Assembly: GCA_950097015.1 (NCBI GenBank)
Contig: CATNEN010000024.1
Coordinates: 124,001-188,000 of the forward strand
Source of the DNA: Macrostomum hystrix
Taxonomy: Eukaryota; Animalia; Platyhelminthes
Length of the DNA stretch: 64,000 nucleotides
Reading direction: 5' to 3'
Shown here: positions 26,201 to 37,600 of the stretch, piece after piece
How the letters are laid out: every line of letters starts with the position of its first letter
Numbering within the stretch: position 1 is the stretch's first letter
Translations under genes and position numbers: made by a program
The notes under the pieces: generated by a model
Databases searched by the model: none
What the model was told of the DNA's origin: nothing
The model's input: the letters and a program-made list of their open reading frames with translations, nothing else

Positions 26201-27808
26201 CTTTCCCAGGGGGGGGAAACGACGTGGTCTTTCCCAGGGGGGGGGGAAACGACGTGGTCTTTCCCAGGGGGGGGAAACGACGTGGTCTTTCCCAGGGGGT
26301 GGGAAACGACGTGGTCTTTCCCAGGGGGGGGGAAACGACGTGGTCTTTCCCAGGGGGGGGGAAACGACGTGGTCTTTCCCAGGGGGGCGGAAACGACGTG
26401 GTCTTTCCCAGGGGGGGGGAAACGACGTGGTCTTTCCCAGGGGGGGGGAAACGACGTGGTCTTTCCCAGGGGGGGAAACGACGTGGTCTTTCCCAGGGGG
26501 GCGGAAACGACGTGGTCTTTCCCAGGGGGGGGAAACGACATGGTCTTTCCCAGGGGGGGGAAACGACGTGGTCTTTTCCCAGGGGGGCGGAAACGACGTG
26601 GTCTTTCCCAGGGGGGCGGAAACGACGTGGTCTTTCCCAGGGGGGCGGAAACGACGTGGTCTTTCCCAGGGGGGGGAAACGACGTGGTCTTTCCCAGGGG
26701 GGGGAAACGACGTGGTCTTTCCCAGGGGGGGGAAACGACGTGGTCTTTCCCAGGGGGGGGAAACGACGTGGTCTTTCCCAGGGGGGGGAAACGACGTGGT
26801 CTTTCCCAGGGGGGGGAAACGACGTGGTCTTTCCCAGGGGGTGGGAAACGACGTGGTCTTTCCCAGGGGGGGGAAACGACGTGGTCTTTCCCAGGGGGGG
26901 GGGAAACGACGTGGTCTTTCCCAGGGGGGAAACGACGTGGTCTTTCCCAGGGGGGGGGAAACGACGTGGTCTTTCCCACGGGGGCGGAAACGACGTGGTC
27001 TTTCCCAGGGGGGGGAAACGACGTGGTCTTTCCCAGGGGGGGGGAAACGACGTGGTCTTTCCCAGGGGGGGGAAACGACGTGGTCTTTCCCAGGGGGTGG
27101 GAAACGACGTGGTCTTTCCCAGGGGGGGGGGAAACGACGTGGTCTTTCCCAGGGGGGGGGAAACGACGTGGTCTTTCCCAGGGGGGAAACGACGTGGTCT
27201 TTCCCAGGGGGGGAAAACGACGTGGTCTTTCCCAGGGGGGAAATGACGTGGTCTTCCCACTGTTAGTGATGATGACGAAACGATAGATGAACTGTGGCAG
27301 TTGGGGTGGCACAGATTGGCGCATAGCGTTTTGGTTTGGGGGGCTGGGCTTGGCTTACTCAGCAAAGCTAGCACCCTGGTGGATCTGCTTTGGCTTTTCA
27401 GCTGGCGGCGGAGGCGGGGGCGGGGCCGCCTCCTCCTGCTGCTGCTCCTGCGGAGTCTCCTCAGCTGTCGTCTCTCTGCGCGCATTGTTTGTGTGCGTTT
27501 TATTTTGTTACGAAAACAAATAAAACTTCTTTCTTTCTGTAGCTCTTTATTGTCGAGTGGGCGGTCAAATTTCTCGAAGAGAAATAATATAGGATCCTAT
27601 TATTCAGTCAAATAAGCTGTCGGGATATTGCTGACAATCGTCTTCAATCATATTTCACTGATAAAAAGTAAATAGACAAAACTGATGATCAAAACAGGAG
27701 TTCTAGGAATAATTAAGGAAATTAACAAGCCAAACAATGAAATGTGATCGCATCGGAGTTCATCAGCCAGCCCTGGATGGTAACTCACTGGTGTTCCTCG
27801 TCAGACAT
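20287..27808 (-). CDS. TNNT: Troponin T, protostome type (355 aa, 11 coding exons)
   Basis: Exons (minus strand) 27789-27808, 27359-27475, 25301-25340, 25093-25209, 24457-24543, 23904-24041, 21657-21878, 20846-20886, 20715-20753, 20592-20625, 20287-20499. All are GT-AG and phase-compatible; total 1068 nt. Hallmarks: MSDEE start, E/R/K-rich helix (MEEEMKEYEEMRKEER), RNFTISKK, KTKEQLDAEKKAALEQRVQPL, QEKAKELFAKIYSLEGDKYDLEQRF, ELTERARQ, PPKIVMYSQYERVKD. Confidence 0.96.
20937..21545. repeat. 16/18-bp intronic minisatellite (GGAAACT[AT]ACTCAAACT)n in a troponin T intron
   Basis: Mixed 16- and 18-nt units. Same core as the 18372-18700 array. Confidence 0.94.
22766..22922. repeat. 44-bp tandem repeat, ~3.5 copies, each containing CCAAT
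   Basis: CCAATG at 22771, 22815 and 22859. Confidence 0.92.
25892..27260. repeat. ~27-bp self-complementary G-run minisatellite (GnAAACGACGTGGTCTTTCCCA)n, ~50 copies, in troponin T intron 2
   Basis: Invariant 21-nt core plus a variable G-run. The five long ORFs at 25744-27485 are artefacts of it. Confidence 0.97.
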
Positions 27809-27864
27809 GATTTGGCGGCTCCTCTATAGAGGCGAAATGACTTTGAAAATTCCTTTAGATTGAA

Positions 27865-27865
<1 letters not shown>

Positions 27866-27896
<31 letters not shown>
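27866..27896. repeat. (CTG)n microsatellite, ~10 units
   Basis: Direct sequence. Confidence 0.9.
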
Positions 27897-28049
27897 CAAA
27901 GGATGTCAGAGGGGTTGGGCAGGCGGGCAAGAAGTAGCATTAGCCCGCCTCGACGCATTTATGGGGGACGGGACGCCAGGCGCCAACCCCAGCTCCGTCG
28001 AGTTTTTCTGCCTTCTGCAGCGTCGTGTCGTTATAGAAACTGCGCTTAC

Positions 28050-28130
28050 CAAAGCGATCCCCGCGCACAGACATCGCATCCTCAGATCCCACAGCTTGCA
28101 CCACATGAAATCCCCCAGCGATAGAATAAC
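28050..28130 (-). other. Candidate 5' exon of troponin T (UTR or N-terminal extension)
   Basis: Strong donor TTG|GTAAGC at 28049. The ATG-containing exon has an acceptor at 27824 (CTATAG|AGG). The 5' boundary is not defined. Confidence 0.4.
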
Positions 28131-28935
28131 CTTATTTCTCTCTCTATCAGCAGGGCAGCCATTGTACAGCAGGGCAGCATTAGCATTTTAACATGCTTCA
28201 AATAGTTAGGGAGACAGAGAGAGAGGAAGGGGCGAGAACTCGATCGTTGGCCCCTCTCGGGGATGAGGGGAATTCTTGGGGAGCCAGGGAAGCGGTTCGA
28301 TCGATACGGGGAGGCACCACCGACCCGGTGGGCATTGGGCTGGAAATGACACCGCCGCCAGAAGCCAAAATCAATGAATGCATTCGGCCCTGTATGGCGT
28401 ATGATCTAAAAGGTGTCCGTACATACAGAAAAACCATTGCATAGGGCTTTTAACTCCCACACACACACGCACGCACACACACTCACGCTAGACGAATAGT
28501 GCTTAGGTCAGGCCAGTAAACGCAACGACCAACCGCCCAACATTGGCATTTCAAGACTTCAGGGAAACCTTTACCAGCGAAGCCATTCTGATCCTAAAGC
28601 TTGAATGGAACGAGGGATTTGGGATAGCGAAAATGTCAGCAACTCCGATGCATTCGTGTCGAAATGCGCACTACAGTCGCGTGGTCTCCAAGTTGAACTG
28701 TGAATCCCCTTTTTTCTATAAAACGACGAAGCACTCTCGTGTATTGCTGCTGTTGGGCTGTGGACTTGAAAAATTATTTCGAACTTCAGGATGCTGGGCT
28801 GAAGTTTTTGTTCTTTTTACTGGATCAGTACAGCGTATCGATAAAAAAATAATAAAAAATCAAGTTAAGTGTTTATTAAACTTTCAGATCAACCTGACAT
28901 TGTTTCATTTCACATCCTGAAGTTCCAAAAAAAAA

Positions 28936-30960
28936 TATCGATTTCAGTTTACAGCTGGCAGTTGTTTATCACAGATTATCGATTTCAGTTTACAGCTGGC
29001 TGTCGTTTATCTCAGTTTATCGATTTCAGTTTACAGCTGGCTGTTGTTTATCACAGTTTATCTATTTCAGTTTACAGCTGGCTGTCGTTTATCTCAGTTT
29101 ATCTATTTCAGTTTACAGCTGGCAGTTGTTTATCACAGATTATCGATTTCAGTTTACAGCTGGCTGTCGTTTATCTCAGTTTATCGATTTCAGTTTACAG
29201 CTGGCAGTTGTTTATCACAGTTTATTTTTTTCAGTTTACAGCTGGCTGTCGTTTATCACAGTTTATCGATTTCAGTTTACAGCTGGCAGTTGTTTATCAC
29301 AGTTTATCTATTTCAGTTTACAGCTGGCAGTTGTTTATCACAGTTTATCGATTTCAGTTTACAGCTGGCTGTTGTTTATCACAGTTTATCGATTTCAGTT
29401 TACAGCTGGCTGTCGTTTATCACAGTTTATCGATTTCAGTTTACAGCTGGCAGTTGTTTATCACAGTTTATCGATTTCAGTTTACAGCTGGCAGTTGTTT
29501 ATCACAGTTTATCGATTTCATTTTACAGCTGGCTGTTGTTTATCACAGTTTATCGATTTCAGTTTACAGCTGGCTGTCGTTTATCACAGTTTATCGATTT
29601 CATTTTACAGCTGGCTGTCGTTTTTTTTACAGTTTATCGATTTCAGTTTACAGCTGGCTGTTGTTTATCACAGTTTATCGATTTCAGTTTACAGCTGGCT
29701 GTCGTTTATCTCAGTTTATCGATTTCAGTTTACAGCTGGCAGTTGTTTATCACAGTTTCTCGATTTCAGTTTACAGCTGGCTGTTGTTTATCACAGTTTA
29801 TCTATTTCAGTTTACAGCTGGCTGTTGTTTATCACAGTTTATCGATTTCTGTTTACAGCTGGCAGTTGTTTATCACAGTTTATCGATTTCAGTTTACAGC
29901 TGGCTGTTGTTTATCACAGTTTATCGATTTCAGTTTACAGCTGGCTGTCGTTTATCACAGTTTATCGATTTCAGTTTACAGCTGGCAGTTGTTTATCACA
30001 GTTTATCGATTTCAGTTTACAGCTGGCAGTTGTTTATCACAGTTTATCGATTTCAGTTTACAGCTGGCAGTTGTTTATCACAGTTTATCGATTTCAGTTT
30101 ACAGCTGGCTGTTGTTTATCACAGTTTATCGATTTCAGTTTACAGCTGGCTGTCGTTTTTTTTACAGTTTATCGATTTCAGTTTACAGCTGGCTGTTGTT
30201 TATCACAGTTTATCTATTTCAGTTTACAGCTGGCTGTTGTTTATCACAGTTTATGGATTTCAGTTTACAGCTGGCTGTCGTTTATCACAGTTTATCGATT
30301 TCAGTTTACAGCTGGCAGTTGTTTATCACAGTTTATCGATTTCAGTTTACAGCTGGCTGTTGTTTATCACAGTTTATCTATTTCAGTTTACAGCTGGCTG
30401 TTGTTTATCACAGTTTATCGATTTCTGTTTACAGCTGGCAGTTGTTTATCACAGTTTATCGATTTCAGTTTACAGCTGGCTGTTGTTTATCACAGTTTAT
30501 CGATTTCAGTTTACAGCTGGCTGTCGTTTATCACAGTTTATCGATTTCAGTTTACAGCTGGCAGTTGTTTATCACAGTTTATCGATTTCAGTTTACAGCT
30601 GGCAGTTGTTTATCACAGTTTATCGATTTCAGTTTACAGCTGGCAGTTGTTTATCACAGTTTATCGATTTCAGTTTACAGCTGGCTGTTGTTTATCACAG
30701 TTTATCGATTTCAGTTTACAGCTGGCTGTCGTTTTTTTACAGTTTATCGATTTCAGTTTACAGCTGGCTGTTGTTTATCACAGTTTATCTATTTCAGTTT
30801 ACAGCTGGCTGTTGTTTATCACAGTTTATGGATTTTCAGTTTACAGCTGGCTGTCGTTTATCACAGTTTATCGATTTCAGTTTACAGCTGGCAGTTGTTT
30901 ATCACAGTTTATCGATTTCAGTTTACAGCTGGCTGTCGTTTTTTACTGTTTATCGATTCC
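28936..30960. repeat. 41-bp T-rich minisatellite (TTTATCGATTTCAGTTTACAGCTGGCTGTTGTTTATCACAG)n, ~49 copies
   Basis: 41-nt period. The 622-751 aa ORFs at 28869-31124 are translations of it (41-aa period). Confidence 0.97.
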
Positions 30961-31628
30961 TGTGTACTGCAGGATGTATTTTTACAGTTTATAAATCTCA
31001 GTTTGCCGTAATATGTTTAGGCAAAAAATTCCAGTCAGTTCTGGGATTGAATAGAACTTATTTTCTTGGAATCTTGCTGCATGTGGTATCAAAGTTCACC
31101 TGGACACATGTCAAAGATAATTAAAGATCAAATTTCATCTTTAACAAACCCTTTAGGTTTTTTATTTCTGAATGACACGCTGTCGCGTATAAAAAGCTAC
31201 CTTGCAAAACGTAGAGTCTTGTTTGAATTACGATTTCATTTAGCTATAATATTTTCACTTTCCTACCGAACGCCCGACAACCCCAGATTTATCGATCGGC
31301 TTTGAAATTCTCTTCCTATTTCTCGAAAATCGCTGGAGTCTAGAAGCCTTCAGTCCAGCAACTTGGCGTGTAAGAACTGAGAAACGCATGAGAACTGAAA
31401 GCAAAAGAGTTTGCCATACGTCTCACTTCGAGTGCCAAAGTCGCTTTGAACAAAACGAAGGAAAGAAATAAAAAATCAACTGCCACAATAAGAGAGTGTG
31501 CTCACATTTCTCTTCTCCGATAACGCCCTTCTATAGGATTTTTGAGAGCTGCATTCCTTCTAGCAGTAGAAGCAGAGGAGGCTATAGAAAGGCAAAGAGC
31601 AGAGCAGACCAAGGCTGGGCGGTCAGCA

Positions 31629-34600
31629 ATGGGCCAGTTCTATCGTCAGGAAGCCATTGCCTGGCTCTCCCTGCTAATCCTTGCCGTGCCCTCGTTAGGC
31701 CTCTTCTGCCTGCTGCTCTTGCACTTCCGCGGTCTGCTGAGAAGTCTGGACATCTGTCTGGCTGGCCTGATGCTGAGGAATGTGTTCTATTCGCTAGTGA
31801 CTGTGCCCCTGTTGCTCTGCATGGTGTTTGGTGGAGTCCATTGGACGGTCGGTACCTGTCGGTTGCTGGTGTTCAGCTTGCACGCGCCTCTCTTAGTTTC
31901 GCTACTCGGCACAGCGTTTTTTGCAGTGGATAGACTGTTTCTGCTGCGCAAGGAGGGCGGCCCAGTCTATAACGGATGGGTGACTAATAAAGTGAAGCCG
32001 TTGATCATTATTAGCGGCTGGTCATGCGCCGCTTTCATCACTGGTGAGAAATGTTTTAGAAAGAATTTTACTGGGGCTCTCATTAGTAGCTATTGAACAG
32101 TGGAAAGCTATAAAGGCTATAAAAATCTATTTTTAGCTTTCTGTTGGCGGATTCTAATTGGTTGCTATTTTTAGCTTTTTGTTGGCGGTTTCTAATTTGT
32201 TGCTATTTTTAGCTTTTTGTTGGCGGTTTCTAATTTGTTGCTATTTTTAGTTTTTACTGGTGGATTTTAATTAGTTTTTATTTTTAGCTAATGACTACAC
32301 TGATTCTAATTTGTGGAAACTTTGAGGGTCTATCCCGTAGCATCTATAACAATTAAGACCCGGATGAGAGATAGACATCAGAAAACAAGAGAAAAAAGTT
32401 TAATAGACACGTTTGCGATCTTTGCTAGACGTAAATTTGGAATTAAATGAAACTTTTAGCAGGAGCACAAAACTCAATCCAATATTTAGGCCTGGTGCCG
32501 ATGAATCTGTGGACTCGAGTAACGCCCGATGCTAAGAACTCTGGCCCGCGCTGCCAATTCTTACCCAGCCAGCTGGACTTCACCTATTCAATGATTGTCT
32601 GCGCCTGCAACATCGCCTCCGCAGTGATCTGCGCCGCCTGCAGCCTTGACGGCTTTTTGCACCTGCGGCGGCCTCGCCACCCAGCTCAGGAGATGGTCAC
32701 GCGCATCGTTGGCGGCAGCAAGAGCGTCGACGAAGGTTCCGACGACACCGGCGAAGAGCATCAACAAAGCCAGGCCAGCAGCTGCGTCTGTCCGCCGAGT
32801 TCGACGCCAGAAAGCACGCCTGGGAGGCCTGGCGAGTCACGGCGACTGCCAACGCTGTGGCATTCTTCTTGAACCACCTGCCAATGCTGGTGAGCTTACC
32901 TGACTTACCTGCCGAATTCTGTGATCTTTCAAGGTCTTAATTGTCCCGTCTAATGACAGTTCAATGGTATTCATAACCCCCGTTCTATGTCAGAATTCTT
33001 AAAATTAAGATTTTAAATTGATATAAAATTTTCATAAATTTTTCTGTAAGAAAGGTTTTTTTCAAATAAATCTGATTTGTCTACTTACAGTAGCGTTTGT
33101 GGAATCAGCGCAATATAAATGTGTTTATTTTGAAGCCACAACAAATCGCCTGCAATAATTTGGCCATCCTACGTTTTTTAATCTGTTTGCTGACTGTTTA
33201 GCAAGTAGAACTGAGTATATAAACTTGCCATCATCATCAACTTACAAAACTCAATCTGGTCATTAATAAATCATTTTCAGCAAAACTCGTACACTCAGCA
33301 AGGTTGCCTAAATTCACTTAGCCAGAAGACCAGAGACGGTAGCTGAATTCTGGGATAATTTTCCCAACTACAGCCCGCGTTGCATAATCGAATCGGGAAG
33401 GGGGTGGTGGGGGGGCAGAGACCTGGTGACCCGTGAAGCAAAACAAGCAATCTGAGTTTCCATGTGGCCATGTTGTCCGAAACTACCTTGTCACACTGTG
33501 TGTTGCTGGGTTGCCATGGGATTAAAGAATTTCTAGCTCATTTCACCTGCTCAATACTGAAGCATCGATCCTCAGCAATGGAATCTGATGAAGTCTCGCG
33601 TGTGTTGCCAGTGTCAACAAGCGCTAGGCCTGTGTGAAACATGCTTTTTTGCAACCAATTTTTTTCTCTAGAAAGTTTCTTTGTGCATTTTTTCCGCCGG
33701 CATATCAACCCGTTTGGCACAATGTCAACAAACACTGAATTATTCTCTTCCAATACTTTAGTCTCATTTCCTGCGTTTGCCTCTCTATCTGTGGAACGTT
33801 TTTTAGGAGTTTATCCCCCGTTTTTCCTAGCGATAATGCGGGCTGGTTTGCGACGAGACACGGGGAGGGAGATGTGACAGGGGCAGGTGATGACAGGAGA
33901 CCCTTAACAATGTTTGGACAGTTTCCGCACTTGATTTTTTTTTCTTTTTCAGAGGCTGCGGTAAGCCGAGGTCATTTATTATGATTTCTTGTAGGGCCAC
34001 CACCCGAACTAAAGCAGGGGGCCGACATTCGATCCGTTAGCCGAGTGTAAACAGCAGCCATTCGGCATTCCTCACAGCCGCATAGGCTTTGCCCGGATAC
34101 AAATAAAACACACTAACTTTCACTTTGGGGTCAACGAGGGTCAGATTGAATTTGGGTCGCAAAGCACAATCGAATGAACTCCACAGATTTTGGACTTCTC
34201 GGCTCTGGTGGTCTGGCCCGATCGCAGCGGCTCCGAGTACATCATACTGCTGTTGCTGGAGTCCATTGTGCTGCCTAATTCTCTCTGGGTGGTTGCCGTG
34301 CGGTATCGCCACGTTGTCAACAGGCGCTGTTCGAGAGGAGACAGTCGAAATGACGGTTGAGTACTGCTCAAATATGACCGATTCTATCAGCCCTCTGATG
34401 GATTTGAGAGGCCGATTCTATCAGTCCTCTGATGCGATTTGAGAGGCCGATTCTATCAGTTCTCTGATGGATTTGAGAGGCCGATTCTATCAGTTCTCTG
34501 ATGGGATTTGAGAGACCGATTCTATCAGTCCTCTGATGGGATTTGAGAGGCCGATTCTATCAGTTCTCTGATGGATTTGAGAGGCCGATTCTATCAGTTC

Positions 34601-37600
34601 TCTGATGGGATTTGAGAGGCCGATTCTATCAGTTCTCTGATGGGATTTGAGAGGCCGATTCTATCAGTTCTCTGATGGGATTTGAGAGGCCGATTCTATC
34701 AGTCCTCTGATGGATTTGAGAGGCCGATTCTATCAGTCCTCTGATGGGATTTGAGAGGCCGATTCTATCAGTTTCTCTGATGGGATTTGAGAGGCCGATT
34801 CTATCAGTCCTCTGATGGGATTTGAGAGGCCGATTCTATCAGTCCTCTGATGGGATTTGAGAGGCCGATTCTATCAGTCCTCTGATGGGATTTGAGAGGC
34901 CGATTCTATCAGTCCTCTGATGGGATTTGAGAGGCCGATTCTATCAGTCCTCTAATGGGATTTGAGAGGCCGATTCTATCAGTCCTCTGATGGGATTTGA
35001 GAGGCCGATTCTATCAGTCCTCTGATGGAATTTGAGAGGCCGATTCTAACAGTCCTCTGATGGATTTGAGAGGCCGATTCTATCAGTCCTCTGATGGGAT
35101 TTGAGAGGCCGATTCAATCAGTCCTCTGATGGGATTTGAGAGACCGATTCTATCAGTCCTCTGATGGGATTTGAGAGACCGATTCTATCCGTCCTCTGAT
35201 GGGATTTGAGAGACCGATTCTATCAGTCCTCTGATGGGATTTGAGAGGCCGATTCTATCAGTCCTCTGATTGGGATTTGAGAGACCGATTCTATCAGTCC
35301 TCTGATGGGATTTTAGAGACCGATTCTATCAGTCCTCTGATGGGATTTGAGAGACCGATTCTAACAGTCCTCTAATGGGATTTGAGAGGCCGATTCTAAC
35401 AGTCCTCTAATGGGATTTGAGAGACCGATTCTAACAGTCCTCTAATGGGATTTGACAGACCGATTCTATCAGTCCTCTGATGGGATTTGAGAGGCCGATT
35501 CTATCAGTCCTCTGATGGGATTTGAGAGACCGATTCTATCAGTCCTCTGATGGGATTTTAGAGACCGATTCTATCAGTCCTCTGATGGGATTTGAGAGTC
35601 CGATTCTAACAGTCCTCTAATGGGATTTGAGAGACCGATTCTAACAGTCCTCTAATGGGATTTGAGAGACCGATTCTAACAGTCCTCTAATGGGATTTGA
35701 GAGACCGATTCTATCAGTCCTCTGATGGGATTTGAGAGGCCGATTCTATCAGTCCTCTGATGGGATTTGAGAGGCCGATTCTATCAGTCCTCTGATTGGA
35801 TTTTAGAGACCGATTCTATCAGTCCTCTAATGGGATTTGAGAGGCCGATTCTAACAGTCCTCTAATGGGATTTGAGAGACCGATTCTATCAGTCCTCTGA
35901 TGGGATTTGAGAGACCGATTCTAACAGTCCTCTAATGGGATTTGAGAGACCGATTCTAACAGTCCTCGGATGGGATTTGAGAGGCCAATTCTAACGTCGG
36001 TTGATGAGATTTTTCATGCCTAGGATAAAAAGTTAAGCTTAGTTGTGACAGACTTACTTAGGAAGTCTATTTCATTTCCTTCCTGTTTCGTCAAGCAGTA
36101 ATTTTCACGCGACTCAAAATTTTCCATTCCATCATCTCCCGCTACATCAAACGAATTTTCTAAGTTGCAAGGGTAACTTAATTAGGCAAATTCATGGATA
36201 GGATCTCACCGAGGTTTATGCCTAGAAGCATAAGATAAACAAATATTAGCCGCAATCAGATAATTGCACCTGCTATTAGGAGACTGTCTCGCGGCCAATC
36301 AAGCATGTTTAGACTAGCAGCTTTTAAAAGCAAAAAAACTGCAAACTCGTATAGCAACAAGCTCACCGAGTCATGACCTCACGGAGGCTTGACCTCCTCG
36401 TGTTCCAGATTTTGTTAATCTTGTTCTACATTCGCGCGAGAGGTGCCAGAGGGACTTGTAATTCATCAGGAAAGATGAAAATATGAAAATATCATCCAAT
36501 GCATCACAGAAACATTCTCTGAATCACAGAATCATTCAAAGCATCACAGAATCATTCAAAGCATCACAGAATCACTCAAAGCATCAAAGAATCACCCAAA
36601 GCATCACAGAATCATTCAAAGCATCACAGAATCACTCAAAGCATCACAGAATCACTCAAAGCATCACAGAATCATTCAAAGCATCACAGAATCACCCAAA
36701 GCATCACAGAATCATTCAAAGCATCACAGAATCACTCAAAGCATCACAGAATCATTCAAAGCATCACAGAATCACTCAAAGCATCACAGAATCACTCAAA
36801 GCATCACAGAATCATTCACAATATGCGCTAGGTTTAGCATCCTGGACCCCGGAAAGCATTCACAGCAGCTCTCTCACTCCCCGCAGATTTGTACTGCGCA
36901 ATGCAGCAGTTCCAGAAGCGGTGCACCCTAATGGGGTCAGTTTATCGCGGCCAGCGCTCGGTCTCCTCGGCTGCGGCTTCCACGGCAAACTCTGCTGCGT
37001 CAGCGGCTGCCAGATCTGCTGGCTCGCAAATTCAACAGAAGCTTCACCGAGCTCGCGCTGTGACAGCCGCTTCCAATCCCGTGTTCACAATGAACCCAGG
37101 TCGACCATTGTCGCTCAACATCAAAGAAGCCGCCCCATCCGTTGCCACCACGTCGAACAATGGCGATGCCGACGATTGCGCCGACACGGTCGCGGACGCC
37201 TACGACGCCAACCTGGAGACATCCGTCAGCGCCTGGAAGCCAGTCAGCGTCGGCGAGATCGTCCGAGCCCGCGTGCCGCCATCCCCTGGCCACCCCTGCC
37301 CGAGGACATCGACGTCGCCAATGGCGCGGATCCTTGGTCGACGACAAGCACAGACTTGGTGCAGCAGTTCGAGGACAGCTTCTTCATCGACGCCGTGATT
37401 GTCAGCTCGAGGAGCGAACCGGCCGGCTGGGCCGGCGGCGCCGGAGGTCGACAGCTCGGCCGCACGAGCCCGTCCGCCGGCGCCGCTAGGCCTAAGCGAC
37501 GATGTCGTCGGGAGCATCGACGATCGTGTAGAGCAAGACATCGACGGAGACTTCTATCTGAGCCCGGCGGAGATTCAGCAGATTGTCGCTCAGCGACGTC

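Noticed and set aside
25892-27260. CRISPR array (palindromic ~27-bp repeats)
   Set aside because: No unique spacers (only G-runs), no cas genes, and a eukaryotic intron context.
25744-27485. Five ORFs of 416-554 aa on both strands
   Set aside because: Products of the stop-free G-run array inside a troponin T intron.
27990-28080. RFamide neuropeptide-like VRGDRFGKR on the minus strand
   Set aside because: Single motif with no signal peptide, and the GKR spans a strong splice donor (G|GTAAGC), so it is probably intronic chance.
28869-31124. 622-751 aa hydrophobic ORFs that look like multi-pass membrane proteins
   Set aside because: All three frames are open with the same 41-aa period because the T-rich 41-bp unit lacks stops.
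32700-32780. A small intron as the explanation of the GPCR exon-2 frame change
   Set aside because: No polypyrimidine tract or good donor. The sequence reads as coding up to the switch point, so a 1-nt indel is more parsimonious.
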